DNA from: Lentihominibacter sp.
GTDB taxonomy: Bacteria > Bacillota > Clostridia > Peptostreptococcales > Anaerovoracaceae
DNA: 41,294 nt
Assembly: GCA_051882895.1 (NCBI GenBank)
Contig: JBJESR010000172.1
Span: 1-41,294, forward strand
Direction: 5' to 3'
Shown here: positions 10,703 through 20,140 of the stretch, piece by piece
Position numbering within the stretch: position 1 is the stretch's first letter
Layout: each line of letters opens with the position of its first letter
Translations under genes and position numbers: made by a program
Notes under the pieces: model-generated
Told to the model about the DNA's origin: nothing
Databases searched by the model: none
What the model saw: only the letters and a program-made list of their open reading frames with translations

Positions 10703-11803
10703 ATGATCCAGCTTGATCAGATCAGGATACAGATACCTGAGCTTAAGACATCGCTTCAGGAATCATCTGATGCCCTTGATCCATCAGGGATGAAGGCGAA
10801 ACTCGATAAACTGGAAGCACAGACTACAGAAGAAGGTTTCTGGAATGATCCGGAAAATGCGCAGAAGATTATGAAGGAGAAGAAGTCTCTGGAAGATAAA
10901 CTGACAGAACTCGATCGGTACAGAAGCACACTTGAGGATCTGGAGCTTATGATGGATATGGCAGAGGAAGGGGAGGACGATGCATTAGCCTCGGAAGCAG
11001 AGGAGACCTTTGTCAGGCTTGAGGGAGATCTGGAGCAGCTGCGTCTGAGAACGCTGCTTAACGGTAAATATGATAAAAACAATGCAATTATTTCGGTGCA
11101 TGCGGGATCCGGCGGAACAGATGCTCAGGACTGGGCGGAAATGCTTTTCAGGATGTACACGAGATGGTGCGAGAAAAAAGGCTACAAAGCCAGACTCATA
11201 GATATGCAGGATGACACTGAAGGCGGAATAAAGAGTGCTACTCTTCTTGTGGAGGGAGAGAATGCCTATGGATATCTTAAGAACGAGAAGGGTGTACACA
11301 GGATAGTAAGGATATCACCTTTTGATTCTTCAGGAAGAAGGCATACATCCTTCGCATCGCTTGATGTGATACCTGAAATAGATGAAGATATCAGTGTTGA
11401 GATAAATCCCGAGGATTTGAGGATAGATACTTATCGCTCAAGCGGGGCAGGCGGACAGCATGTAAATAAGACAGACTCGGCAATCAGGATTACTCATATT
11501 CCTACTAATATCGTAGTCACCTGCCAGAATGAGCGATCTCAGCATCAGAACCGTGAAACTGCCATGAAGCTGCTGATGTCAAAGCTGGTTGAACTGAAAG
11601 AGCAGGAACACAAAGAGAACCTGGATGAGCTTAAAGGCGACTATAGCCAGATAACATGGGGAAGTCAGATCAGATCGTATGTTTTTCATCCGTATACTAT
11701 GGTTAAAGATCACAGGACCGGTGCCGAGGTCGGCAATGTCAATGCAGTGATGGACGGAGATCTGGATTATTTCATAAATGAGAAACTGAAACAGAAGGAG
11801 TAA
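10703..11803 (+). CDS. prfB: Peptide chain release factor 2, encoded in one continuous frame
   Basis: SPF recognition motif, GGQ motif, position after secA. Confidence 0.98.
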   Translation: MIQLDQIRIQIPELKTSLQESSDALDPSGMKAKLDKLEAQTTEEGFWNDPENAQKIMKEKKSLEDKLTELDRYRSTLEDLELMMDMAEEGEDDALASEAEETFVRLEGDLEQLRLRTLLNGKYDKNNAIISVHAGSGGTDAQDWAEMLFRMYTRWCEKKGYKARLIDMQDDTEGGIKSATLLVEGENAYGYLKNEKGVHRIVRISPFDSSGRRHTSFASLDVIPEIDEDISVEINPEDLRIDTYRSSGAGGQHVNKTDSAIRITHIPTNIVVTCQNERSQHQNRETAMKLLMSKLVELKEQEHKENLDELKGDYSQITWGSQIRSYVFHPYTMVKDHRTGAEVGNVNAVMDGDLDYFINEKLKQKE

Positions 11804-11808
11804 ACCGG

Positions 11809-14067
11809 ATGAACATAACAGAAGTGCTTGCGAAAGAGTTTCAACTCAGAACATCACAGGTAGAACAGACGATTAATCTGATTGATGAGGGAAATACGAT
11901 ACCTTTTATAGCCAGATACAGAAAAGAGGCCACCGGGGGACTGAGTGACGTAGTGCTGAGGGATCTTGATGAAAGACTTACTTACCTCAGGAATCTCGAT
12001 GAAAGAAAAGAAGAAGTAATCAGGCTGATTGATGAACAGGGAAAGCTTACCGGAGAACTTGAAGCACAGATCAGGGAAGCTGAGGTTCTGCAGAGAGTTG
12101 AGGACCTTTATAAACCATATAAGAAAAAGAAAGCAACCAGAGCATCTAAAGCAAAAGAAAAAGGTCTTGAGCCGCTGGCTCAGATTATAGCTGCTCAGGA
12201 AATCGAGAGCGGTTCACCTGAAGAAACAGCATCAGATTTCGTATCTGCTGAAAAGGGTGTCGAAAATACGTCGGCTGCATTGCAGGGAGCCTGTGATATC
12301 ATAGCAGAAATGATTTCAGATGATCCGGAGCTTACTGCTGCAATAAGAGAGAAAACGCAGGAAACAGGAGTGATAAATACTGAAGCATCCGATCCCGAAG
12401 AAAAAACTGTTTATGAAATGTATTATGATCACAGTGAAGGGATAAGCAGAATTCCAAATCACAGAGTGCTGGCGATAAACAGAGGAGAGAAGGAGAAAAA
12501 GCTCAAAGTAAAAGTGCTGACAGACAGTGAGATGATGGAATCACTTATAGCTGACAGTGTGATAAAAAATGAAAAATCTGTTTTCACACCACTGCTGCAG
12601 GCCACGATAGCAGATGCGTACAAAAGACTTATGGCACCTTCTGCTGAACGTGAAATGAGAAATATGCTTACGGAGAGAGCCGAGGCGGAAGCTGTGAAGG
12701 TATTCGCCAGAAATACGGAGAAGCTGCTCATGGTGCCGCCGGTAAAAGGCGCACGGATTATAAGTATAGATCCAGGCTACAGGACAGGCTGCAAGGTTGC
12801 GGTGCTCAACGAGACCGGCAAACTGCTGGCCTATACTACTGTTTACCCGACAGAACCTAAAAATGATATTAAAGGAACTGAAGCTGTATTAAAGAAGCTT
12901 GCAGATAAATTCAGGATCAATACCATTGTTATCGGTAACGGGACTGCTTCAAGGGAAACAGAAGAAGTTGTTGCTGATTTCATCAGAAAGTCGGGACTGG
13001 ATATCAGTTATACAATAGTCAATGAAGCGGGAGCTTCGGTATATTCGGCATCAAAGCTTGCAACTGAAGAATATCCTGATCTGGATGTTACGGTAAGAGG
13101 TGCCATGTCACTGGGAAGAAGACTGCAGGATCCTCTGGCAGAGCTGGTAAAAATACCTATTAAAAGCATTGGCGTCGGACAGTATCAGCATGATATTAAT
13201 CAGGGTCTGCTGGAAAATGCACTGGATAACGTCGTAGAGGACTGTGTGAACAGGGTTGGTGTTGAACTGAATACAGCATCACCTTCACTGCTTGCTCATG
13301 TTGCAGGTATCAATATGGGAATAGCCAGAAATATTGTGGCTTACAGAGAAGAAAACGGTGTTTTCAAAGAGAGAAAAGAATTAAAGAAAGTATCCAAGCT
13401 GGGCGAGAAAACGTTTAATCAGTGTGCAGGATTTATCAGAATATCTGATGGAATAAATCCGCTGGACGGAACATCGGTGCATCCGGAATCCTACGGCGTT
13501 GCTGAAGCAATGTTCAGTAAACTCGGGATACAGGCTTCCGATCTGCAGCATGGTGGCATACCGGATATAGATGACAGGATATGGGAGGCATACGGGGAAG
13601 AAGAAAAACCGAAACAGCTTAAGACAAGAGCAAAAGGGCTGGCAGCACTGGCTGATCTGGCGAAGAAAGAAGAGAAGCCTGTACGTAACATGAAAAAGGC
13701 TGTGGCTAAAATGGCAGAAGAGCTGGAAGTGGGAGTACCTACCCTTACAGACATAATTGCAGAAATGAAAAAGCCGGGCAGAGATCCGCGTGAGGATGCC
13801 CCGCCTGTGGTGTTCAGAAATGATGTGAAATCATTTGAAGACCTTAAAATCGACATGGAACTTGAGGGGACTGTAAGAAATGTTGTTGATTTCGGAGCCT
13901 TTGTAGATATCGGTGTGAAAAACGATGGACTTGTACATATATCAGAGATGAGCAGCAGGTATATAAAACACCCGATGGATGTAGTGTCTGTGGGCGATAC
14001 AGTAAAGGTTAAAATAATAAAAATAGACTATGATAAGCAGAAAATAGGGCTTACCATGAAGTTGTAA
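11809..14067 (+). CDS. tex: Tex family RNA-binding transcription accessory protein
   Basis: GNTIPFIARYRKE, IDPGYRTGCK, NEAGASVYSAS, RRLQDPLAELVKI and a C-terminal S1 domain. Confidence 0.96.
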   Translation: MNITEVLAKEFQLRTSQVEQTINLIDEGNTIPFIARYRKEATGGLSDVVLRDLDERLTYLRNLDERKEEVIRLIDEQGKLTGELEAQIREAEVLQRVEDLYKPYKKKKATRASKAKEKGLEPLAQIIAAQEIESGSPEETASDFVSAEKGVENTSAALQGACDIIAEMISDDPELTAAIREKTQETGVINTEASDPEEKTVYEMYYDHSEGISRIPNHRVLAINRGEKEKKLKVKVLTDSEMMESLIADSVIKNEKSVFTPLLQATIADAYKRLMAPSAEREMRNMLTERAEAEAVKVFARNTEKLLMVPPVKGARIISIDPGYRTGCKVAVLNETGKLLAYTTVYPTEPKNDIKGTEAVLKKLADKFRINTIVIGNGTASRETEEVVADFIRKSGLDISYTIVNEAGASVYSASKLATEEYPDLDVTVRGAMSLGRRLQDPLAELVKIPIKSIGVGQYQHDINQGLLENALDNVVEDCVNRVGVELNTASPSLLAHVAGINMGIARNIVAYREENGVFKERKELKKVSKLGEKTFNQCAGFIRISDGINPLDGTSVHPESYGVAEAMFSKLGIQASDLQHGGIPDIDDRIWEAYGEEEKPKQLKTRAKGLAALADLAKKEEKPVRNMKKAVAKMAEELEVGVPTLTDIIAEMKKPGRDPREDAPPVVFRNDVKSFEDLKIDMELEGTVRNVVDFGAFVDIGVKNDGLVHISEMSSRYIKHPMDVVSVGDTVKVKIIKIDYDKQKIGLTMKL

Positions 14068-14108
14068 TAATGTTCTCCGTTGTATACAGTATTTATAAAA
14101 ATACACAC

Positions 14109-14137
14109 TTGTATTGAAAAAATATATATGTTAATAT
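14109..14137 (+). promoter_or_regulatory. Putative extended -10 promoter for the decarboxylase beta gene
   Basis: TTGTAT-N17-TAATAT with TG just upstream of -10. Confidence 0.5.
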
Positions 14138-14197
14138 TTTAGCGATGATGCGAAAGGTGCATCTCAATGTCATTTATAGAAAAGGAGAGACAAAACC

Positions 14198-15364
14198 ATG
14201 GGAGCCATAATAGATGCATTGGCAAACCTCTGGAGTGATACCGGAATTGCCAATTTTACCTATCAGAACGGAATCATGATCATAGTATCATTCGTTTTCC
14301 TGTATCTTGCGATCAAACATGGATTCGAGCCATTGCTGCTTGTACCGATTGCTTTCGGAATGCTGCTTTCAAACCTTCCTGTCACGGGTATGTTTATTGA
14401 AGAGATAGCTCACGAAGGCATCACCAATTCCAATCAGCTTACGGACGCCGGGCTGCTGACGATTTTCTACACGTTGAAGCCGGTTCTGCCTTCGCTGATA
14501 TTCCTTGGTGTCGGTGCTATGACTGACTTCGGTCCACTGATTGCAAATCCTAAATCCCTTGTAATGGGTGCTGCAGCACAGCTGGGAATATTCTTCGCGT
14601 TCTTTGCAGCCATCATTCTCGGGTTCAATGCACAGGAAGCTGCTTCCATCGGTATTATCGGAGGTGCTGACGGCCCTACGGCAATATATCTCACAGGCAA
14701 GCTGGCAGATCATCTGCTGGGTCCTATAGCGGTAGCTGCATATTCATACATGGCACTGGTGCCGGTAATCCAGCCGCCTATCATGAAGCTGCTGACAACA
14801 GAAAAAGAAAGAAAAATCAAAATGGAACAGCTGAGAGTGGTATCTCAGAGGGAGAAGATTCTGTTCCCTATCGCTGTTACAGTAGTAGTAGTATTGCTGC
14901 TTCCATCAGCTGCACCGCTGGTTGGAATGCTGATGCTGGGCAATCTGTTCAAGGAATGCGGCAGAACAGCAAGACTTTCGGATACAGCTTCAAATGCACT
15001 GATGAATATCCTGGTAATAATTCTGGGAACATGTGTAGGCGCTTCAGCTACAGGTTCGACATTTATTACAGCTTCAACTCTTAAGATTGTAGTACTCGGT
15101 ATATGTGCATTTGCAGTGGGTACTGCAGGCGGAGTGCTTATCGCCAAGCTGATGAATGTGCTTACAGGTGGTAAAATCAATCCTCTCATCGGTTCAGCAG
15201 GAGTTTCTGCCGTTCCGATGGCAGCCCGTGTATCACAGAAGGAAGGTCAGAAAGCCAATCCTTCGAATTTCCTGCTGATGCATGCCATGGGACCAAATGT
15301 GGCAGGTGTAATCGGCTCAGGAGTTGCGGCATCGGTAATGCTCTCCATGTTCGGAGGATTCTAA
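14198..15364 (+). CDS. Na+-translocating decarboxylase beta subunit (OadB/MmdB/GcdB family)
   Basis: FEPLLLVPIAFG, GAMTDFGP, IGIIGGADGPTAI, GVSAVPMAARV and MGPNVAGVIGS motifs. Confidence 0.95.
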   Translation: MGAIIDALANLWSDTGIANFTYQNGIMIIVSFVFLYLAIKHGFEPLLLVPIAFGMLLSNLPVTGMFIEEIAHEGITNSNQLTDAGLLTIFYTLKPVLPSLIFLGVGAMTDFGPLIANPKSLVMGAAAQLGIFFAFFAAIILGFNAQEAASIGIIGGADGPTAIYLTGKLADHLLGPIAVAAYSYMALVPVIQPPIMKLLTTEKERKIKMEQLRVVSQREKILFPIAVTVVVVLLLPSAAPLVGMLMLGNLFKECGRTARLSDTASNALMNILVIILGTCVGASATGSTFITASTLKIVVLGICAFAVGTAGGVLIAKLMNVLTGGKINPLIGSAGVSAVPMAARVSQKEGQKANPSNFLLMHAMGPNVAGVIGSGVAASVMLSMFGGF

Positions 15365-15411
15365 TTACATAACAATCGAAAATCTCTAAAATCATTTTTA
15401 TACACCGAGTC

Positions 15412-15445
15412 AGACCCGAGGTTCTCAGGAACCCCGGGTCTTTCT
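15412..15445 (+). terminator. Intrinsic terminator
   Basis: AGACCCGAGGTTC/GAACCCCGGGTCT stem followed by Ts. Confidence 0.8.
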
Positions 15446-15557
15446 CGTTTGTACACATCCGGTATGATGTGATATTATTAGAAGCGGACAAGGAAAATAT
15501 ACTCCCGGAAAAAGTCAATATGTGTATGGAAAATATATGAAATAACCTGCCGGTATA

Positions 15558-15586
15558 TTGACAATGCGGATATGCTATTATATAAT
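15558..15586 (+). promoter_or_regulatory. Consensus sigma-A promoter for the HAD/acyl-CoA synthetase pair
   Basis: TTGACA-N17-TATAAT. Confidence 0.8.
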
Positions 15587-15629
15587 GCAAAAATATGATA
15601 ACATAAAATGCTATCATATAATGCAAAAA
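15572..15629. repeat. 22-bp direct repeat, 2 copies, 21/22 identical
   Basis: ATGCTATTATATAATGCAAAAA (15572-15593) and ATGCTATCATATAATGCAAAAA (15608-15629). Confidence 0.85.
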
Positions 15630-15683
15630 ATTGATAATGGATCTGACAGAGTGTTCCGGGAAGAAAAATAGAAGGAGAAGTAC

Positions 15684-16382
15684 ATGAAAAAAAAGGATAC
15701 GATACTGTTTGACTTTGACGGAACAATCATGGATACCAATGATGTCATTCTTAAATCATGGCAGTACACTTTCAGGTCACTTGAAAACAGAGAAGCTGAT
15801 GAAGATGAATTGAAGAAGACTTTTGGAGAACCGCTGGATATTACAATCAGCAGGTTTTTCCCTGAGGTTCCTGTAGAGGAATCAATAGAAATATACAGGA
15901 GTTATCAGCGCGATCATTTCAGGGAACTGATAACGCTGTTTCCGGGAATGAAAGAGCTTCTGGCAGTTCTCAAAGAACATGGTTATAAAACAGGGCTTGT
16001 AACATCAAGACTGTATAATACCACTGTACAGGGGCTTGAAAAATACGGATTAAAAGAGTATTTTGATGAAATAGTGACTCCGGAAGATACGGACAGACAT
16101 AAACCTGATCCGGAGCCGGTACTGATTGCTCTTGAGAAACTTGGCTCGGAACCGGAGAATGCTGTCATGCTTGGGGACACGTTGTTTGATATCAAGTGTG
16201 CCAGAAATGCAGAAGTTGAATCGGTCCTGGTAGCATGGAGCTTTGCTCTGCAGGGAGAAACGAAGGAATCTCTGGGAGATGATGCACCGGATCATATCAT
16301 TGGAAGACCTGAAGAACTGCTGGAGATCCTGTCGCCAGAGGGAGGTCACGATGATGACAAAGGAAAAGGAATGGGTGTATGA
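15684..16382 (+). CDS. HAD-family phosphatase (PpaX/Gph-like)
   Basis: FDFDGT, VTS, KPDPE and GDTLFD HAD motifs. Confidence 0.9.
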   Translation: MKKKDTILFDFDGTIMDTNDVILKSWQYTFRSLENREADEDELKKTFGEPLDITISRFFPEVPVEESIEIYRSYQRDHFRELITLFPGMKELLAVLKEHGYKTGLVTSRLYNTTVQGLEKYGLKEYFDEIVTPEDTDRHKPDPEPVLIALEKLGSEPENAVMLGDTLFDIKCARNAEVESVLVAWSFALQGETKESLGDDAPDHIIGRPEELLEILSPEGGHDDDKGKGMGV

Positions 16383-17997
16383 ACATTATGTAGAGGTTCA
16401 GGAAGACAGCAAAGGAGCTTTAGAAGCAATTCAATTCAAGAATACAGAGAATTTTAATTTCGCCTATGATGTTGTGGACAGACTGGCAGATAAAAATCCC
16501 GAAAAGGTTGCCATGGTTCATATTGCCAAGAATAAGAGAAAGCGTGAGCTGACATTTGGAGATATGAGCAGTTATTCTTCAAAAATTGCAGCGTATTTTC
16601 AATCATTAGGAATAGGAAAAGGTGACAAGGTAATGCTGGTGCTCAAAAGGCATTATCATTTCTGGTTTGCCATTCTGGCACTTCACAAAATAGGGGCAGT
16701 TGTAATACCGACCACCAATCTGCTTAAACAGAGAGATTATGAGTATAGATTCAAAGCAGTCGATGTCAAAGCAATAGTATGTACAGCTGATGATGATGTG
16801 GCGTATCAGGTGGACCTGGCTGCTGAAAATATGGATAGAGAAATCATTAAAATAATTGTCAGGGGTAAAAGAAACGGATGGAATTCACTGAACAGAGCGG
16901 TATATGAATTTGACAGCAGCTTCACCCCTGAAGTGTATGCAGGAGGAGATGATCCTTCAATCATGTTTTTTACGTCGGGAACAACCGGGTACCCCAAGAT
17001 TGTGACTCACGATTTCAGATATCCTCTGGGACATTTTATTACTGCGAAATACTGGCATCAGGTGGATCCTGAGGGACTGCACTTCACTATTTCGGATACA
17101 GGCTGGGGGAAAGCACTCTGGGGTAAAATATATGGCAAGTGGCTCTGCGAAGCGGCGGTTTTTACATATGATATGGACAGCTTTGAAGCCGGAGAAATGC
17201 TGGAAATGATAGAAAGCCACAGAATTACCACATTCTGTGCACCTCCTACAGCATACAGAATGCTGATAAGAAAAGACTTTTCAAAATACGATCTCAGCAG
17301 CCTGAAGCATGCGACCACAGCAGGGGAAGCTCTGAATCCGGAAGTTTTCAATCTGTTCAGAGAAAAAACCGGTCTCCTTCTTCATGAAGCTTTCGGGCAG
17401 ACAGAGACAACCCTGACAATAGGCACCCTCAAGGGAGATGTTCCGAAACCAGGTTCGATGGGAAAAGCATCACCGGCATATGATATTGATATTGTTGACA
17501 GTAAAGGCAGACCGGTAAAACCAGGGGAAACAGGAGAAATAGTGGTTCGTACAGGGAAAGCAAGACCGGCAGGTCTGTTTATGGGGTACTATGGTAATGA
17601 TGAACTGACTGCGGAAGCATGGCATGACGGTTTGTATCATACGGGAGATCTTGCAACAAGAGATGAGGATGGCTACTTCTGGTATGTCGGTCGAAACGAT
17701 GATGTGATCAAGTCCGCCGGATACAGAATAGGACCCTTTGAGATAGAAAGTATTCTTATGGAGCTGCCTTATGTCCTTGAGTGCGGAGTCACGGCAGTTG
17801 AAGGCAGACTCAGGGGTAAAATGATCAAAGCCTGCATCGTGCTGGTAGATGGTACAGAGGGAACAGACGAACTGAAAAAAGAAATACAGAAATATGCCCG
17901 ACGTAAGATGGCATCATACAAATGCCCGAAAATAATTGAGTTCAGAGATGAACTGCCAAAGACCATCAGCGGTAAAATACAGCATAACAAGCTCTAG
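16351..17997 (+). CDS. AMP-forming short/medium-chain acyl-CoA synthetase
   Basis: FFTSGTTGYPK, SDTGWGK, FGQTET, YHTGD, GRNDDVIK and LPKTISGKI. Start moved to ATG 16351, which follows GGAGG. Confidence 0.9.
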   Translation: MMTKEKEWVYEHYVEVQEDSKGALEAIQFKNTENFNFAYDVVDRLADKNPEKVAMVHIAKNKRKRELTFGDMSSYSSKIAAYFQSLGIGKGDKVMLVLKRHYHFWFAILALHKIGAVVIPTTNLLKQRDYEYRFKAVDVKAIVCTADDDVAYQVDLAAENMDREIIKIIVRGKRNGWNSLNRAVYEFDSSFTPEVYAGGDDPSIMFFTSGTTGYPKIVTHDFRYPLGHFITAKYWHQVDPEGLHFTISDTGWGKALWGKIYGKWLCEAAVFTYDMDSFEAGEMLEMIESHRITTFCAPPTAYRMLIRKDFSKYDLSSLKHATTAGEALNPEVFNLFREKTGLLLHEAFGQTETTLTIGTLKGDVPKPGSMGKASPAYDIDIVDSKGRPVKPGETGEIVVRTGKARPAGLFMGYYGNDELTAEAWHDGLYHTGDLATRDEDGYFWYVGRNDDVIKSAGYRIGPFEIESILMELPYVLECGVTAVEGRLRGKMIKACIVLVDGTEGTDELKKEIQKYARRKMASYKCPKIIEFRDELPKTISGKIQHNKL

Positions 17998-18004
17998 AGA
18001 TTAT

Positions 18005-18036
18005 AAGCACTTCGTACATGCGGCGAAGTGCTTTGT
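18005..18036 (+). terminator. Probable terminator hairpin
   Basis: AAGCACTTCG/CGAAGTGCTT stem. Confidence 0.65.
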
Positions 18037-18066
18037 GATATTTACAAGAAGATTTAATAAATATTA

Positions 18067-18095
18067 TTGACTTTATGAAAATTAACGCGTATCAT
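18067..18095 (+). promoter_or_regulatory. fab operon promoter
   Basis: TTGACT-N17-TATCAT. Confidence 0.7.
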
Positions 18096-18101
18096 ATAGA
18101 A

Positions 18102-18139
18102 AAATACTTTGATAATCAAAGTATTTGATATACGAAATA
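18102..18139. promoter_or_regulatory. FabT-type operator: perfect palindrome plus adjacent degenerate copy
   Basis: AAATACTTTGAT-A-ATCAAAGTATTT (18102-18126) with a TTTGAnnnTCAAA core; TTTGATATACGAAA follows and overlaps it. Confidence 0.85.
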
Positions 18140-18156
18140 TTTTTGGAGGTAAAAAT

Positions 18157-19143
18157 TTGGGAATAAGAATCATAGGAGTAGGTAAGAACCTCCCCGAAAG
18201 AGTTGTGACAAACGATGAGATGTCGCAGTATATTGATACGGATAACGAGTGGATCATTGAACGGACAGGGATAGCTCAGAGGCATGTGGCTACAACAGAG
18301 AAATCCCTTGACATGGCGGCTGCAGCAGCTGAGGAGGCTCTGGAAGGTATTGATAAAGAATCGATTGATCTTGTTATCGTTGCTACTGTTACTCCTGATG
18401 ATATCACGCCGAGTATGGCAGCACAGGTGAAGAAGGCCGTTAAACTGCCTAACGCTGTAGCTTTTGATATAAATGCAGCATGCAGCGGTTTTGTATATGC
18501 CCTGTGGATAGCCGAATCACTGATGAAAGGAAGCGCAGCAGGAGGATCGGTGACCAACGGTATGAATAGGGCCCTTGTAATAGGAACAGAGAGGATGACG
18601 AGGATCACCAACTGGGTAGACAGAGGAACGTGCATTCTTTTTGGAGATGGCGCAGGTGCTGCAGTACTGGAAAATACTCCGGGTGAGAGAGGTATTATAA
18701 GCACATATATCAGGAACTATGATGATGAGAACGAAGTTATGAAATGCAAGGCGAATTATGTGAATCCACCGTTCTGGGAAGATGATCTGACTCCACGTCC
18801 GCTGAGCATGAGGGGCAGAGCTGTTTTTAAATTTGCTGTGAACGCAATTGAAGAGGTTACCACAGGTGCACTGGAAAAAGTCGGACTTACACTTGACGAT
18901 GTGGACTGGTTTGTTCCCCATCAGGCAAATGGCAGAATAATCCACGCAGCAGCCCAGAAACTGGGACAGCCGCTGGATAAGTTCCAGATAAGCATCAAAG
19001 AAAGCGCTAATGTGTCTTCAGCTACAGTTCCTATGGCACTTTATGATTTACAGAGTAGCGGAAAACTTAAAAAAGGTGATATAATAGCAGTAATGGGTTT
19101 TGGCGGCGGACTTTGCGCGGCGGGAGCCATAATTGAATGGTAA
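18157..19143 (+). CDS. fabH: Beta-ketoacyl-ACP synthase III
   Basis: AACSGF (Cys), PHQAN (His), ANVSSA (Asn) and FGDGAGA. Start moved to TTG 18157 after GGAGG. Confidence 0.95.
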   Translation: MGIRIIGVGKNLPERVVTNDEMSQYIDTDNEWIIERTGIAQRHVATTEKSLDMAAAAAEEALEGIDKESIDLVIVATVTPDDITPSMAAQVKKAVKLPNAVAFDINAACSGFVYALWIAESLMKGSAAGGSVTNGMNRALVIGTERMTRITNWVDRGTCILFGDGAGAAVLENTPGERGIISTYIRNYDDENEVMKCKANYVNPPFWEDDLTPRPLSMRGRAVFKFAVNAIEEVTTGALEKVGLTLDDVDWFVPHQANGRIIHAAAQKLGQPLDKFQISIKESANVSSATVPMALYDLQSSGKLKKGDIIAVMGFGGGLCAAGAIIEW

Positions 19144-19186
19144 ATGATAATTTTAGCTTTCCAGCTTATTAAGACAGGAGGGAAAT

Positions 19187-20140
19187 ATGGTAAACGTTTG
19201 TGAAATTTTAGGTACTGAATATCCGATTATCCAGGGTGCTATGGCCAGAATTGCCGAATGTAACCTGGCTGCGGCAGTAAGCAACGGCGGCGGACTCGGG
19301 ATTATCGCAGCAGGCGGTCAGTCTGCTGAATGGCTGAGGGAAGAGATAAAAAAGACACGAGAGATGACAGATAAACCTTTTGGTGTAAATATCATGCTGC
19401 TGGCTGATAATGTGGAAGAACTGATACAGGTGGTATGTGAGGAAAAGGTTCCTGTAGTGACCACCGGAGCAGGAAACCCGGGCAAATACATAGCCAGGAT
19501 GAAAGAATACGGCATCAAGGTGATTCCGGTTGTTGCCAATGTAGCTCTTGCTATGAGAGTTGCCAGAGCTGGAGCTGATGCTGTAGTAGCAGAAGGTACA
19601 GAAGCTGGCGGCCATATTGGAGAAACCACAACTATGGCGCTGGTTCCGCAGATGGCGGATGCTGTGGACATTCCTGTAATTGCTGCAGGAGGAATAGCTG
19701 ACGGCAGAGGAGTAGCTGCCGCATACATGCTGGGCGCCAGAGGTGTTCAGGTAGGAACCAGATTCCTTGTAGCAAACGAGTGCATAGTGGCACAGGGCTA
19801 TAAGGATGCTATAATCAAAGCTAAGGATTCCTCTACAGTAGCTACAGGAAGAAGCACGGGGCATCCTGTGAGAATAATAAAGAACAAACTGGCAAAGAAA
19901 ATCCTTACTCTGGAATCACAGAATGCACCTGAAGAGGAAATCAATCAGCTGTGCACAGGAACTCTGGCTGCGGCAGTAAGAGATGGAGATGCGGATAACG
20001 GTAATATAATGTCCGGACAGATAGCAGGACTTGTTAAAAAAGAACAGTCTGCAGCGGAAATTATTGAGGAAATGTTTAAGGAGGCGGAGAAAGTATATGA
20101 AGATAGGAATAGTATTTGCAGGGCAGGGCGCACAGTATAG
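19187..20140 (+). CDS. fabK: Enoyl-ACP reductase II
   Basis: PIIQGAMA, EAGGHIG with intact His, AAGGIADG and GTRF; fab context. Confidence 0.93.
   Translation: MVNVCEILGTEYPIIQGAMARIAECNLAAAVSNGGGLGIIAAGGQSAEWLREEIKKTREMTDKPFGVNIMLLADNVEELIQVVCEEKVPVVTTGAGNPGKYIARMKEYGIKVIPVVANVALAMRVARAGADAVVAEGTEAGGHIGETTTMALVPQMADAVDIPVIAAGGIADGRGVAAAYMLGARGVQVGTRFLVANECIVAQGYKDAIIKAKDSSTVATGRSTGHPVRIIKNKLAKKILTLESQNAPEEEINQLCTGTLAAAVRDGDADNGNIMSGQIAGLVKKEQSAAEIIEEMFKEAEKVYEDRNSICRAGRTV

Noticed and set aside
14140-14185. Small GATGC/GCATC hairpin before the decarboxylase beta gene as a possible Na+ riboswitch
   Set aside because: Too short, and no conserved motif that I can recognise
15572-15629. Direct repeat as a mini CRISPR array
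   Set aside because: Only two copies, a 14-nt spacer, and no cas genes
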